From assembly GCA_024404245.1 (NCBI GenBank), contig JAKSQH010000001.1, forward strand, positions 35,556 to 99,555: 64,000 nucleotides of DNA. The letters are read 5' to 3'. This document shows, in pieces, positions 37,191-45,807 of this stretch (positions within the stretch are counted from its first letter, which is position 1; every line of letters starts with the position of its first letter). Origin of the DNA: Clostridia bacterium (GTDB lineage: Bacteria > Bacillota > Clostridia > Christensenellales > Aristaeellaceae). The position numbers and the translations under genes were made by a program. The notes under the pieces were generated by a model that had not been told where the DNA came from, ran no database searches, and was given only the letters and a program-made list of their open reading frames with translations.

Positions 37191-38105
37191 ATGTTAAGAA
37201 CATTCAACGCGATGAAGCGGCAGGTTCCCGCCGGAGCGCAGGAGCTCGATGACCGGCAGATAGCCTCTCTGCGGCAATGCCTCGTCGGAATGCTGAAAGA
37301 CATCGCCAGTTTTTGCAGCAGTCACGGTATCTCCTTCGCGCTGTGCGGCGGATCGGCTTTGGGCGCGGTCCGGGAGCACGGAATGATCCCTTGGGATGAC
37401 GATATTGATATCTGTATGCCCAGAGCCGATTATGAACGGTTTGCGCAACTGTTTACAGACGAATGCGGGGAAAAATACGTTCTGCAGCAACCGGGAATAA
37501 CAGCCGGATATCCGTTATCCCTGGCGAAGATCAGAAAGCGCGGAACCGTATATAAAACGCGTGATGATTTTTGCTGCGAGGAATGCGGCGTACCGGTGGA
37601 TCTGTTCATTGTGGAAAACACTTACAACGATCCTGTGCGAAGAACCCTTCACGGCATACTGAGTCTGGCCGCCGGGCTGGCACTCTCATGCAGGAAGTTT
37701 TGCAGGGACCGTTCCCGGTTGCTCAGTTCGGTACCGGATCATAACGCTCTGCGTCTGAAGATTCTTCTGAAGATCGCCGTGGGTGTGCTCCTTGCCCCCT
37801 TAGGAAATACTGACAGTTGGGCCCGCCGTACTGACAGAATCCATTCCATGTGTCATGACCCGACGACACGGTATATTACCACTCCGTCAGGCCGGTATTG
37901 TTTTTTCCGGGAAATGTGGCTTCGGGAGGAATACTGCTCATACCGGAATGAAATTTTCGAAGGAATGGAACTGCCTGTTCCGTTGATGATAGAAAAATAC
38001 TTTGAACGCGGTTACGGAGACTGGCAGACCACCCCGGACACATTTAAGAAAGAAAAACATTATGCCTATCAGTTTATGATGCAGGAGGACTTGCCGAATG
38101 ATTGA
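37191..38105 (+). CDS. LicD family phosphotransferase
   Basis: GGSALGAVREHGMIPWDDDIDICMPRADY, VDLF, YGDWQT. Confidence 0.92.
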   Translation: MLRTFNAMKRQVPAGAQELDDRQIASLRQCLVGMLKDIASFCSSHGISFALCGGSALGAVREHGMIPWDDDIDICMPRADYERFAQLFTDECGEKYVLQQPGITAGYPLSLAKIRKRGTVYKTRDDFCCEECGVPVDLFIVENTYNDPVRRTLHGILSLAAGLALSCRKFCRDRSRLLSSVPDHNALRLKILLKIAVGVLLAPLGNTDSWARRTDRIHSMCHDPTTRYITTPSGRYCFFREMWLREEYCSYRNEIFEGMELPVPLMIEKYFERGYGDWQTTPDTFKKEKHYAYQFMMQEDLPND

Positions 38106-39636
38106 TCTGATCAAATCTTCCATTGTTGAGGCCGGAAAAGCCGTCTGTAAGATCAGCGCCGCAAATACAACGCGCGCCATTCTTACGCAAAAAGACCCGG
38201 ATACGGGAGCGATCGTTTTCCCGTTGCCGAATGTCGCGGCAAACAATCAGACAGCGGATACACTTTTCGCTGTCCTGCCGAAAAACCTCAATGAAACACT
38301 CTCGAAATTCACGCTGCCCGATTTCAGGCTGCACGCGGCGCTCCACAAGGCAATACCGCAATTTGACGCAATCGTTACGTGTCATGTGCCGGCGGCCGTT
38401 AATTTTGTAGCTACCGGAAAGGAGATCCCCGTATATACGCGTTATCACGCGGAAAACTTTCCGGGGCCGGTCCGGTGTACAAAGCCGCTTGCACTGAAAG
38501 ACGGCTCCGGTTATGAAAAAGCACTGACAGACGCGGTCCTTGAAGCCGTTTCAAAATGTGACACCGGTAATCCCGGTGCTTTGCTGATCAGGAATTTCGG
38601 CGTTTGCGTCTGGGATACGGATGCAACCGCTGCAGTCGCCAAGATAAAGCAGCTGAACGCAATTGCCGGGCAGGCATGGCAGATGGAGCTTGATACACAG
38701 GGTGGCATACAGCCGATGGACCCCGCGGAATATGCAGCGCTGTACAATGCCAGAGCAACAAGAAACAACTTTATTGAAAAGGTTGACGGAAAAGTACCCG
38801 GAACAAAGGTCACCGCGGCCGAAGAAAAGTACATCAATCTTGCCCTGCTGGACTACTTCGATAAAGTCTGCCGTGAGAATGACATCAAGTACTCACTGAC
38901 AGGCGGTACCCTTCTCGGCGCGGTCAGGCACAAAGGTCTGATTCCGTGGGATGACGATGTCGATGTATTTCTGTCCCGACCCGAGTTTGAAAAGCTCCGT
39001 GACGCTTTCCCGGACGGCGGGCGTTATGTTTATGTCGACCGTGTCAAAGAGCCCGGCTACCCGTATGTGTTCGGCCGGCTGATTGATACGGATACCATCA
39101 TTACCAAATCACCGAACACCCTGAGCTTCGGGAAAGGGCTTTTTGTGGATGTCTGTGTGGTGGACGGTCTTCCGAAGAGCAAGCTGGCACGTGATATACA
39201 CATGCTCCGTATGCGGATTCTCTTCCGTTGCAGAAGAGCCACAATTCATTCAAACAAGAGCAAGTCTTACGCCAATAAGGGGCCGCTTGTACTGTTCGCC
39301 AAGAAAGTCATCAACAAGCTGACAACCGCCGAATACTGGAATAAAAAGATTGAAAAGCTGATGCAGAAGTATCCGTGGGATTCCTCTGAATATGTCGGCA
39401 ACTTCACTTCCGCCTACGGGAAGCGTGAAATGCTTCACAGAAGCGGTTTTGATACCTATACCACGCTGGAATTCGAAGGAAAGGAATACATGGTTTTCGG
39501 CGGATATGAAGAGTATCTGACAAACATTTACAGGGATTATATGGAACTCCCGCCCGTCAGGAAACGCGTCGGGCATCATCCGAATACTGCCTATTGGGTA
39601 GACCGCACACAGCAGAAGGAGGAAACAAAGCAATGA
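38098..39636 (+). CDS. Fusion of a degenerate AraD-like class II aldolase/epimerase domain and a LicD domain
   Basis: N-terminal about 220 aa aligns with AraD (H..LH..IP...AIVTCH, YHAENFPGPVRCTK, PGALLIRNFG..VW). C-terminal GGTLLGAVRHKGLIPWDDDVDV. Confidence 0.82.
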   Translation: MIDLIKSSIVEAGKAVCKISAANTTRAILTQKDPDTGAIVFPLPNVAANNQTADTLFAVLPKNLNETLSKFTLPDFRLHAALHKAIPQFDAIVTCHVPAAVNFVATGKEIPVYTRYHAENFPGPVRCTKPLALKDGSGYEKALTDAVLEAVSKCDTGNPGALLIRNFGVCVWDTDATAAVAKIKQLNAIAGQAWQMELDTQGGIQPMDPAEYAALYNARATRNNFIEKVDGKVPGTKVTAAEEKYINLALLDYFDKVCRENDIKYSLTGGTLLGAVRHKGLIPWDDDVDVFLSRPEFEKLRDAFPDGGRYVYVDRVKEPGYPYVFGRLIDTDTIITKSPNTLSFGKGLFVDVCVVDGLPKSKLARDIHMLRMRILFRCRRATIHSNKSKSYANKGPLVLFAKKVINKLTTAEYWNKKIEKLMQKYPWDSSEYVGNFTSAYGKREMLHRSGFDTYTTLEFEGKEYMVFGGYEEYLTNIYRDYMELPPVRKRVGHHPNTAYWVDRTQQKEETKQ

Positions 39637-40343
39637 ATATCGCACTGATCATCGCGGGCGGCATCGGCGCAAGAATGCACCAGAGCATCCCGAAGCAGTT
39701 TATCAATGTTGAGGATAAGCCGGTAATTGTCTACACCATGCAGGCATTCCAGCATCACCCGGACATTGACGAAATCTATGTGGTGTGCGTTGACGGATGG
39801 CATGATATTCTTCGTGCGTACGCCAAGCAGTTTGAAATCACCAAGCTGAAGGAAATTGTACCGGGCGGTGAAAACGGACAGGGGTCAATCCGTAACGGCG
39901 TATTCGCCATTGAGAGGGATCACGATCGTGATGACCTCGTACTGATTCATGACGCGATCAGACCGATGCTGTCCACGGAAATCATTTCCGACTGTATTGT
40001 AACCGCTCATACATTCGGAAACGCGATCGCGTCCATACCGTGTAACGAAGCGATGCTGATGACAGAAGACGGCAAGACCTCAACCTGCAGCATCGATCGC
40101 GCGACACTGAAGCGTACACAAACCCCGCAGACATTCAGGCTCGGTCAGCTGGCGGATGTTCACAGGGAAGCACTCAATAAAGGCATCACCAACGCGGTTG
40201 CTTCAGCTTCCATGTTTGCCGACATGGGCTATAAACTTTACTTTTCACAGGGATCCGAAAAGAACCTGAAGCTGACAACACCCGATGATCTTGATATATT
40301 CCGTGCTCTGCTGGATTCCAGCAGACCGTCATGGCTGAAGTAA
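39633..40343 (+). CDS. IspD/TarI/AbpA-family cytidylyltransferase
   Basis: IIAGGIGARM...PKQF, IHDAIRP, QTPQ, NLKLTTPDDL; ATGA-coupled to the upstream gene. Confidence 0.92.
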   Translation: MNIALIIAGGIGARMHQSIPKQFINVEDKPVIVYTMQAFQHHPDIDEIYVVCVDGWHDILRAYAKQFEITKLKEIVPGGENGQGSIRNGVFAIERDHDRDDLVLIHDAIRPMLSTEIISDCIVTAHTFGNAIASIPCNEAMLMTEDGKTSTCSIDRATLKRTQTPQTFRLGQLADVHREALNKGITNAVASASMFADMGYKLYFSQGSEKNLKLTTPDDLDIFRALLDSSRPSWLK

Positions 40344-40344
40344 A

Positions 40345-41190
40345 ATGAAAAACTATCTGACAGGTGTTTATGAAAAAGCATTCCCGGAAGAAATTTCAAT
40401 CACCGAAATGCTGACTGAGGCAAGGAATGCCGGGTTTGATTTTTTCGAAATCAATATTGACCGGACAGAGCAAAGAATCAGTCGGGTATATGATCCGCAC
40501 TTTAATGAAACGGTTAAGCATGCCGTTTCGGAAAGCGGACTGCCTGTTCGTTCGCTCGGTCTGAGTGCGCTTGGCACTTACACACTCGGTCACCCGGATA
40601 ACAGCATATCTTCCAGGGGCATGGACATTTTCAGGCATACGGTTGAGTTTGCCGAAGATCTCGGCATCAGGCTGATCCAGATTCCGGGGGCTGATATGCC
40701 GAAATTCGATCCGCGCTCGGAAGCAACACATGAACGGTTTATGGACAATCTCCAAAGTGCCGTATCCTTCGCGTCATCCCGCGGTGTCATGATTGCGCTT
40801 GAAAACATGGAAAACGATTATATGGATACAGCGGAAAAGAGCCGTAAAACAACGGATCTGATCAATTCACCGTATCTTCAGCTGTATCTGGATTCGGGCA
40901 ACATCACAAACGCGCACGCGAATAATATGCCCGCGATTCTGAAGGATCTGGATTTCGCCGCCAACCGTCTGGCTGCCTTCCACTTCAAGGAAGTTACTCC
41001 CGTCCGGTACGGCGGGCTGTTCTACGGTGACGGGTGGGTGAACTTTGAACCGATCGCGAAGAAAGCATACGCGCTCGGAGCACGAAGGTTTACGATGGAA
41101 TACTGGTACACGGGAAATACCGGCTGGCGCGATGATCTGAAAAAGGCCAGGCAGTATTGTGACAAATGGCTGGCCGAAAGTGAGGCGTAA
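40345..41190 (+). CDS. L-ribulose-5-phosphate 3-epimerase-like protein (UlaE/SgbU family)
   Basis: GVYEKA, GFDFFE.NID, GIRLIQ; metal and catalytic positions LENME, LDSGN, FHFKE, MEYW. Confidence 0.82.
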   Translation: MKNYLTGVYEKAFPEEISITEMLTEARNAGFDFFEINIDRTEQRISRVYDPHFNETVKHAVSESGLPVRSLGLSALGTYTLGHPDNSISSRGMDIFRHTVEFAEDLGIRLIQIPGADMPKFDPRSEATHERFMDNLQSAVSFASSRGVMIALENMENDYMDTAEKSRKTTDLINSPYLQLYLDSGNITNAHANNMPAILKDLDFAANRLAAFHFKEVTPVRYGGLFYGDGWVNFEPIAKKAYALGARRFTMEYWYTGNTGWRDDLKKARQYCDKWLAESEA

Positions 41191-41193
41191 ATC

Positions 41194-42252
41194 ATGTCCG
41201 CATTTGACTTTTCCAATGAGATTGAACTGGGCGCGCGTTACCGTCTGGACTGGACAAGGCTTGACGGCAAAACCGTTCTGATCACCGGTGCGACCGGTCT
41301 GGTCGGAAAATACATGATCCGGATTCTGCTGAAGCGCAATGAACTCTTCAACGCCGGCATCAGGATTCTTGCTGTCGGCAGGGATCCGGAAAAATTCCGC
41401 CGCCGTTTCGCGGATGTTACCGGTCTGGAGGCGGTTCGTTTTCTCAAGCAGGATGTTCAGATTCCTTTCACGCTTGATGAGCAGCCTGATTACGTGGTTC
41501 ATATGGCCAGCAATACACACCCCCGTCTTTACGCGAGCGATCCGATCGGTACGGAAATGTCGAATATTCTGGGTACATATCATTTGCTGAACATGATCTC
41601 GGATCTGCCCGGATGCCGTTTCGTTTTTGTTTCCTCCGGTGATGTATACGGAGACAACAGAAGCGGTAAACCCTTCATTGAAGAAACCGACTGCGGATAT
41701 ATCGACTGCAACACATTGCGGGCAGGCTATATCGAAGGCAAGCGTGCGAGTGAAGCACTGTGTAACGCTTATCGCGAAGCAAAAGGCGTGGATTTTGTTA
41801 CAGCGCGTCTTTGCCGGATCTACGGTCCGACTATGCAGACAACAGACAGTAAAGCAATCTCACAGTTTATCATGAAAGCCGTCGCCGCCGAGGATATCGT
41901 ACTCAAGAGCAGCGGACAGCAAACCTTCTCCTATCTTTACATCTTCGACGCGGTTACCGCGCTTCTGACGGTAATGGCCTCGGGTGTGTCCGGGAACGCG
42001 TATAATGTTGCCGACAACAATCAGGCGTTATCCCTGAAGGATCTTGCCGGTCTTCTGGCCGGAATCGGCGGAAAATCGGTTGTCTTTGATCTTCCGGACC
42101 GGCTGGAGTCAAAGGGCGCGTCAACCTTCCAGAACGTATGCCTTGACGCCGCGAAGCTTTACAGCCTTGGTTGGAAATCGGAAGTTCCTTGTAAAGACGG
42201 TCTTCGCTGGACTGTCAGTCAGATCCGGCAATCACAGTACAACCGGGAGTAA
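41194..42252 (+). CDS. Extended SDR (NAD-dependent epimerase/reductase, AbpB-like)
   Basis: ITGATGLVG, HMASNTHP, SSGDVYG, YIEGK (YxxxK), RIYGP. Confidence 0.88.
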   Translation: MSAFDFSNEIELGARYRLDWTRLDGKTVLITGATGLVGKYMIRILLKRNELFNAGIRILAVGRDPEKFRRRFADVTGLEAVRFLKQDVQIPFTLDEQPDYVVHMASNTHPRLYASDPIGTEMSNILGTYHLLNMISDLPGCRFVFVSSGDVYGDNRSGKPFIEETDCGYIDCNTLRAGYIEGKRASEALCNAYREAKGVDFVTARLCRIYGPTMQTTDSKAISQFIMKAVAAEDIVLKSSGQQTFSYLYIFDAVTALLTVMASGVSGNAYNVADNNQALSLKDLAGLLAGIGGKSVVFDLPDRLESKGASTFQNVCLDAAKLYSLGWKSEVPCKDGLRWTVSQIRQSQYNRE

Positions 42253-42257
42253 TTGCT

Positions 42258-43382
42258 ATGAACAACTTTGAAAAACCAAAAGAGACCGTTGCCGGTCTCA
42301 GTAACAGAAGAAACGGGAAAATTGATCTGCTGCGTTTTGTGTTTTCCGTATGTATCGCACTGATGCACTTTGGTACAAGTGTCGGTGACGCGCGTTTATT
42401 CCCGAAAGCGGGTTTATGTGTCGAGTTCTTTTTTCTGGTATCCGGTTATCTGATGGCAAAACACGTTGCAAAAATCATGGATCAACCGTGCGAAAGACTG
42501 GGTTCGGAATCATTCTCATATGTCCGGAAAAAATTTTTCTCAATATGCCCGCAGATCATCATCGCTTTTGTGATCGGGTTTACGGTACGGCATCTGATAT
42601 CAGCTGTTTCACCCGCAACATTCGAAAAACATATTCTGGCAGGCTTCGTTGAATTTCTGAACCTCAAGATGTTCGGATTTGATTTATGGTCCGCTAACGG
42701 TCCCACATGGTATATCTCAGCCATGCTCATAATCATGTTGCTGATCTACCCGTTGCTGAGGAAACGGTTTGATCTGTTCTGTTATGTCATCGCGCCCCTC
42801 ACCGGATTCTTCCTTCTGGGTTTTTTTGAAATGACAGGTACGGATTTGCGTACACCCATGGAAGCCGTAGGAAATACCGTGCTGAAAGGAACACTGCGCG
42901 GACTGATGGAGATCTGCTTCGGCATTATGCTGTATCCGTTGGTTACGGCACTGTCAAAGATCCGGTTCCGTGTCGGTGTCAGATGTATTTTCTCCGTTAT
43001 TGAGTTTCTGTGCTACGCGTTTTATTTCAGATGTCTGCAGGGAACGTTCGATACAGGAAAGACAGATACATACTGTGTGATTATCCTGATAACAGCGGTT
43101 CTTCTTTCGTTTTCACAAACCGGCGTTTTCAGCGTTCTGTTCAACAACAGGCTGTTCAGCTGGCTCGGAAAATTCAGTCTGTCCGTGTATCTCGGGCATC
43201 GTTGCTGGAGCCTGTATATCGCGGCAAAAATGAAAAACGCCGGCTATACCGTCCAGTTGCTGTGGTTCATCATTCTGGCATCTGTTACCGCGTTATTCAT
43301 TCATTTTGTTTCTCAATATCTGAGAAAAAACAAACAAAAGATTTTCAGCACCCTGTCCGGATGGTGCGTCAGGGATGCCTGA
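42258..43382 (+). CDS. Acyltransferase-3 (OafA-like) membrane O-acyltransferase
   Basis: IDLLRF...H, VEFFFLVSGY, TWYIS, LGKFSLSVYLGH. Confidence 0.88.
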   Translation: MNNFEKPKETVAGLSNRRNGKIDLLRFVFSVCIALMHFGTSVGDARLFPKAGLCVEFFFLVSGYLMAKHVAKIMDQPCERLGSESFSYVRKKFFSICPQIIIAFVIGFTVRHLISAVSPATFEKHILAGFVEFLNLKMFGFDLWSANGPTWYISAMLIIMLLIYPLLRKRFDLFCYVIAPLTGFFLLGFFEMTGTDLRTPMEAVGNTVLKGTLRGLMEICFGIMLYPLVTALSKIRFRVGVRCIFSVIEFLCYAFYFRCLQGTFDTGKTDTYCVIILITAVLLSFSQTGVFSVLFNNRLFSWLGKFSLSVYLGHRCWSLYIAAKMKNAGYTVQLLWFIILASVTALFIHFVSQYLRKNKQKIFSTLSGWCVRDA

Positions 43383-43475
43383 CCGTACAGGAAAATCAAG
43401 CTTATTCATGCCGTTCCGTCGCGTTGCACGGAACGGTCTTTTTCTGTCTTCATCTGTGCAGCCGCTCCGGTGATT

Positions 43476-44474
43476 TCAGTTATCCGTGACACGGTTGACC
43501 CTTCCCCATCCGGAAGCGCTCAGTTCCGCCCGGCGTTCGAAATCGCCCGGAGCCTCCGCGCAGGTTGTCTTTGGAAAATACGCCTGGGTGAAACAATGGT
43601 CATTATGATTGCGGAAAAAGAGGCCCAGAGAATCGTCCTCATAAATGTGAAGAATCACACTGCGGCAAAAAGAACCGCGGATATCCTCGAAAGATGAAAC
43701 ATCCACCTGAGGAATATCCTGCCAGTCCACCCACTGAATCTGGGAAAACACCCGGTTCCCGCCCCACACGTAATCTCCGATATGGGAGTGTCCGTAAAGG
43801 TGCAGCCGCACATTCAGCGGCAGGGGTTGCAGCTTGCTCAGAAGATAGGTGTCCCGGTTTCCGCCGGGGAAAGCGCAGTGAGCCGCTGTGATGATATTCG
43901 GTTTTCCGCACTGCTCCATATTCCGCCGTACGGAAGCGAAATATCCGTCCGTGTAGGGATACCTTTCTCCTCCGAAACGCATGCCGTTGTGTGTGGAACA
44001 CCAGCTGTTGTCCCGGGCTATATGATCACAGAAAAAATAGACGGCGTAATTGCCCACATCAACACGGAACCAGGTATCCTCACAGTTTTCCGTTGTATGC
44101 CAGCCGGAATGGGATCGTACCATATCATAAAAAGGCATACAAAAACCGGTCTGACCGTTCCGGAAACAATATTCCGCGTAATCGTAATCATGGTTGCCGG
44201 TAGCATAGCAAAGGGGGATATTCAGGGAGGAAAAGGCTCTTTCCTGCAAATCCGTCATTCGGATCAGCTCCGGCAGATTGCTTGATTCGGTGGAATCACC
44301 GAGATACCAGATCATCTGTGCCGGATTCTTCAGCAGCGCGTAATCCTCCATGCAGATATTCAGGCACTTTTCGGCGTTGGAATACAGCCGTTGCTGCAAA
44401 TCGGAAAACACCCAGATGACATGCCTGGCTTTTTTTGCACAGAGTGAATACAGTTCATCCGCGATTTGTGGCAT
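43476..44474 (-). CDS. Calcineurin-like metallophosphoesterase
   Basis: SDLQ, LGD, GNHD, AH, GHSH motifs in the expected order. Confidence 0.82.
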   Translation of the reverse strand: MPQIADELYSLCAKKARHVIWVFSDLQQRLYSNAEKCLNICMEDYALLKNPAQMIWYLGDSTESSNLPELIRMTDLQERAFSSLNIPLCYATGNHDYDYAEYCFRNGQTGFCMPFYDMVRSHSGWHTTENCEDTWFRVDVGNYAVYFFCDHIARDNSWCSTHNGMRFGGERYPYTDGYFASVRRNMEQCGKPNIITAAHCAFPGGNRDTYLLSKLQPLPLNVRLHLYGHSHIGDYVWGGNRVFSQIQWVDWQDIPQVDVSSFEDIRGSFCRSVILHIYEDDSLGLFFRNHNDHCFTQAYFPKTTCAEAPGDFERRAELSASGWGRVNRVTDN

Positions 44475-44517
44475 ATCCGGATTCCTTCATTTCATCATAA
44501 TGTAACAGCGTAAAGAT

Positions 44518-45597
44518 TCAGCAGGGGATCACAGTCAGGTCCCGGCTTACTTCATTCAGCACCCGACAGCCGTCCTCCGTAATCAGCACAAGGTCCTCCA
44601 CCCGAACGCCGATATTCTCATCCTTCAGATAAATGCCGGGTTCAACGGAGAAGCACTGACCGGGTCTGATCACATCGGTATTCATAGATGAAACATCACC
44701 CCACTCATGATCCTCCATGCCGATGGAATGGCCGGTACGGTGGGTGAAATAAGCACCGAAGCCCTTGCTTTCAATGTAATCCCGGGCAGCCCGGTCCACA
44801 TCGCACATGCGGTTGCCGGGGCGGGCGGCCGCCACGCCCCGCCGGTTGGCTTCCTTCACAATTTCGTAGATTTCCCTCTGTCTGGGGCTCGCTTCCCCAA
44901 GAAACACGGTACGGGTCATATCGGAGGCATAACCGTCCTTCATACAGCCGATATCAATCACCAGACAATCCCCGGGCCTGCCGGCGGTATCATCCGGGCC
45001 GTGATGCGGGTCCGCCGCGTTTCCGGCAAAGGAACAAATGGGATCGAAAGAAACACCGTCGGCACCGGCCTCTTTATACAGGCGGCGCACGGTGGCCGCC
45101 AGTTCCGTTTCGGTCTGCCCGGCCCTGATCATGGGAATAAAGGCGGTCATCACACGGTCATTCAGTTGAGAGGACGCGATCATCTTCCGCTGCTCATCCG
45201 GGTCCTTGATCTGCCGGACACGGTCTATTACCGCGGAAGAGTTGCGATACTTCATGTCCGGCTTCAGTTCCTGCAGACGCAACAGGAAGCGGGCCGGCCA
45301 GTTTTTATCCACCGCGAGCACACCGCACTGCCCGAGATATCCGGAAAGCAGCGCCACCGCGTCATCCGTATCGTTATAATACACCGTTTTCACATCCGGC
45401 TGTTGCCCGGAAAACAGGGCATTGAGCATCAGCAGAGCATCCCCGTCCTGCCGGATCAGCAGGGCGATCAGCCTCTCGCCGCTTTCCGGTGAGGAACCGC
45501 AGATGTACCTTATCACCGCGGAATCCGAAACCAGCAGGCAGTCCGCGCCGTTTTCCTTCATCATTTCCGTAATTTTTCTGATCCGTTCTGAATTCAT
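44518..45597 (-). CDS. Xaa-Pro peptidase (M24B family)
   Basis: DPHH, IDIG, YASDMTRT, HRTGHSIG, SVEPGIY, GVRVED. Confidence 0.93.
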   Translation of the reverse strand: MNSERIRKITEMMKENGADCLLVSDSAVIRYICGSSPESGERLIALLIRQDGDALLMLNALFSGQQPDVKTVYYNDTDDAVALLSGYLGQCGVLAVDKNWPARFLLRLQELKPDMKYRNSSAVIDRVRQIKDPDEQRKMIASSQLNDRVMTAFIPMIRAGQTETELAATVRRLYKEAGADGVSFDPICSFAGNAADPHHGPDDTAGRPGDCLVIDIGCMKDGYASDMTRTVFLGEASPRQREIYEIVKEANRRGVAAARPGNRMCDVDRAARDYIESKGFGAYFTHRTGHSIGMEDHEWGDVSSMNTDVIRPGQCFSVEPGIYLKDENIGVRVEDLVLITEDGCRVLNEVSRDLTVIPC

Positions 45598-45742
45598 ATT
45601 TTCTTCTTTCCGTGCCGGCGCAGCCGGCACTGATCATATTTTCCGAATACATATATCATACCACGGAATACCCCGCATATACAAATACGACCTGCCGGAG
45701 ATATATATCCGCTCCCGCATGCCGCGCGCGGCACGGAAACGC

Positions 45743-45771
45743 TTGCACGCGTTTGGTTTCTGTGATATGAT
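45743..45771 (+). promoter_or_regulatory. Sigma-A promoter of asnS
   Basis: TTGCAC-17 nt-TATGAT with TG extension. Confidence 0.6.
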
Positions 45772-45807
45772 AACCCGTAATTCCACTGAAACGGAGGGGA
45801 TATCACT

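Noticed and set aside
39633-40343. Calling this gene ispD of the MEP pathway
   Set aside because: It is coupled to licD and an SDR with no ispF; the context fits a TarI/AbpA-type role.
38098-41190. Ascorbate or arabinose catabolic operon (ula/sgb/ara)
   Set aside because: No PTS or transporter, kinase or UlaD decarboxylase; the AraD-like domain lacks its metal ligands and is fused to LicD.
45600-45807. T-box leader for asnS
   Set aside because: The predicted promoter is only about 35 nt from the start codon; no T-box consensus or terminator is seen.
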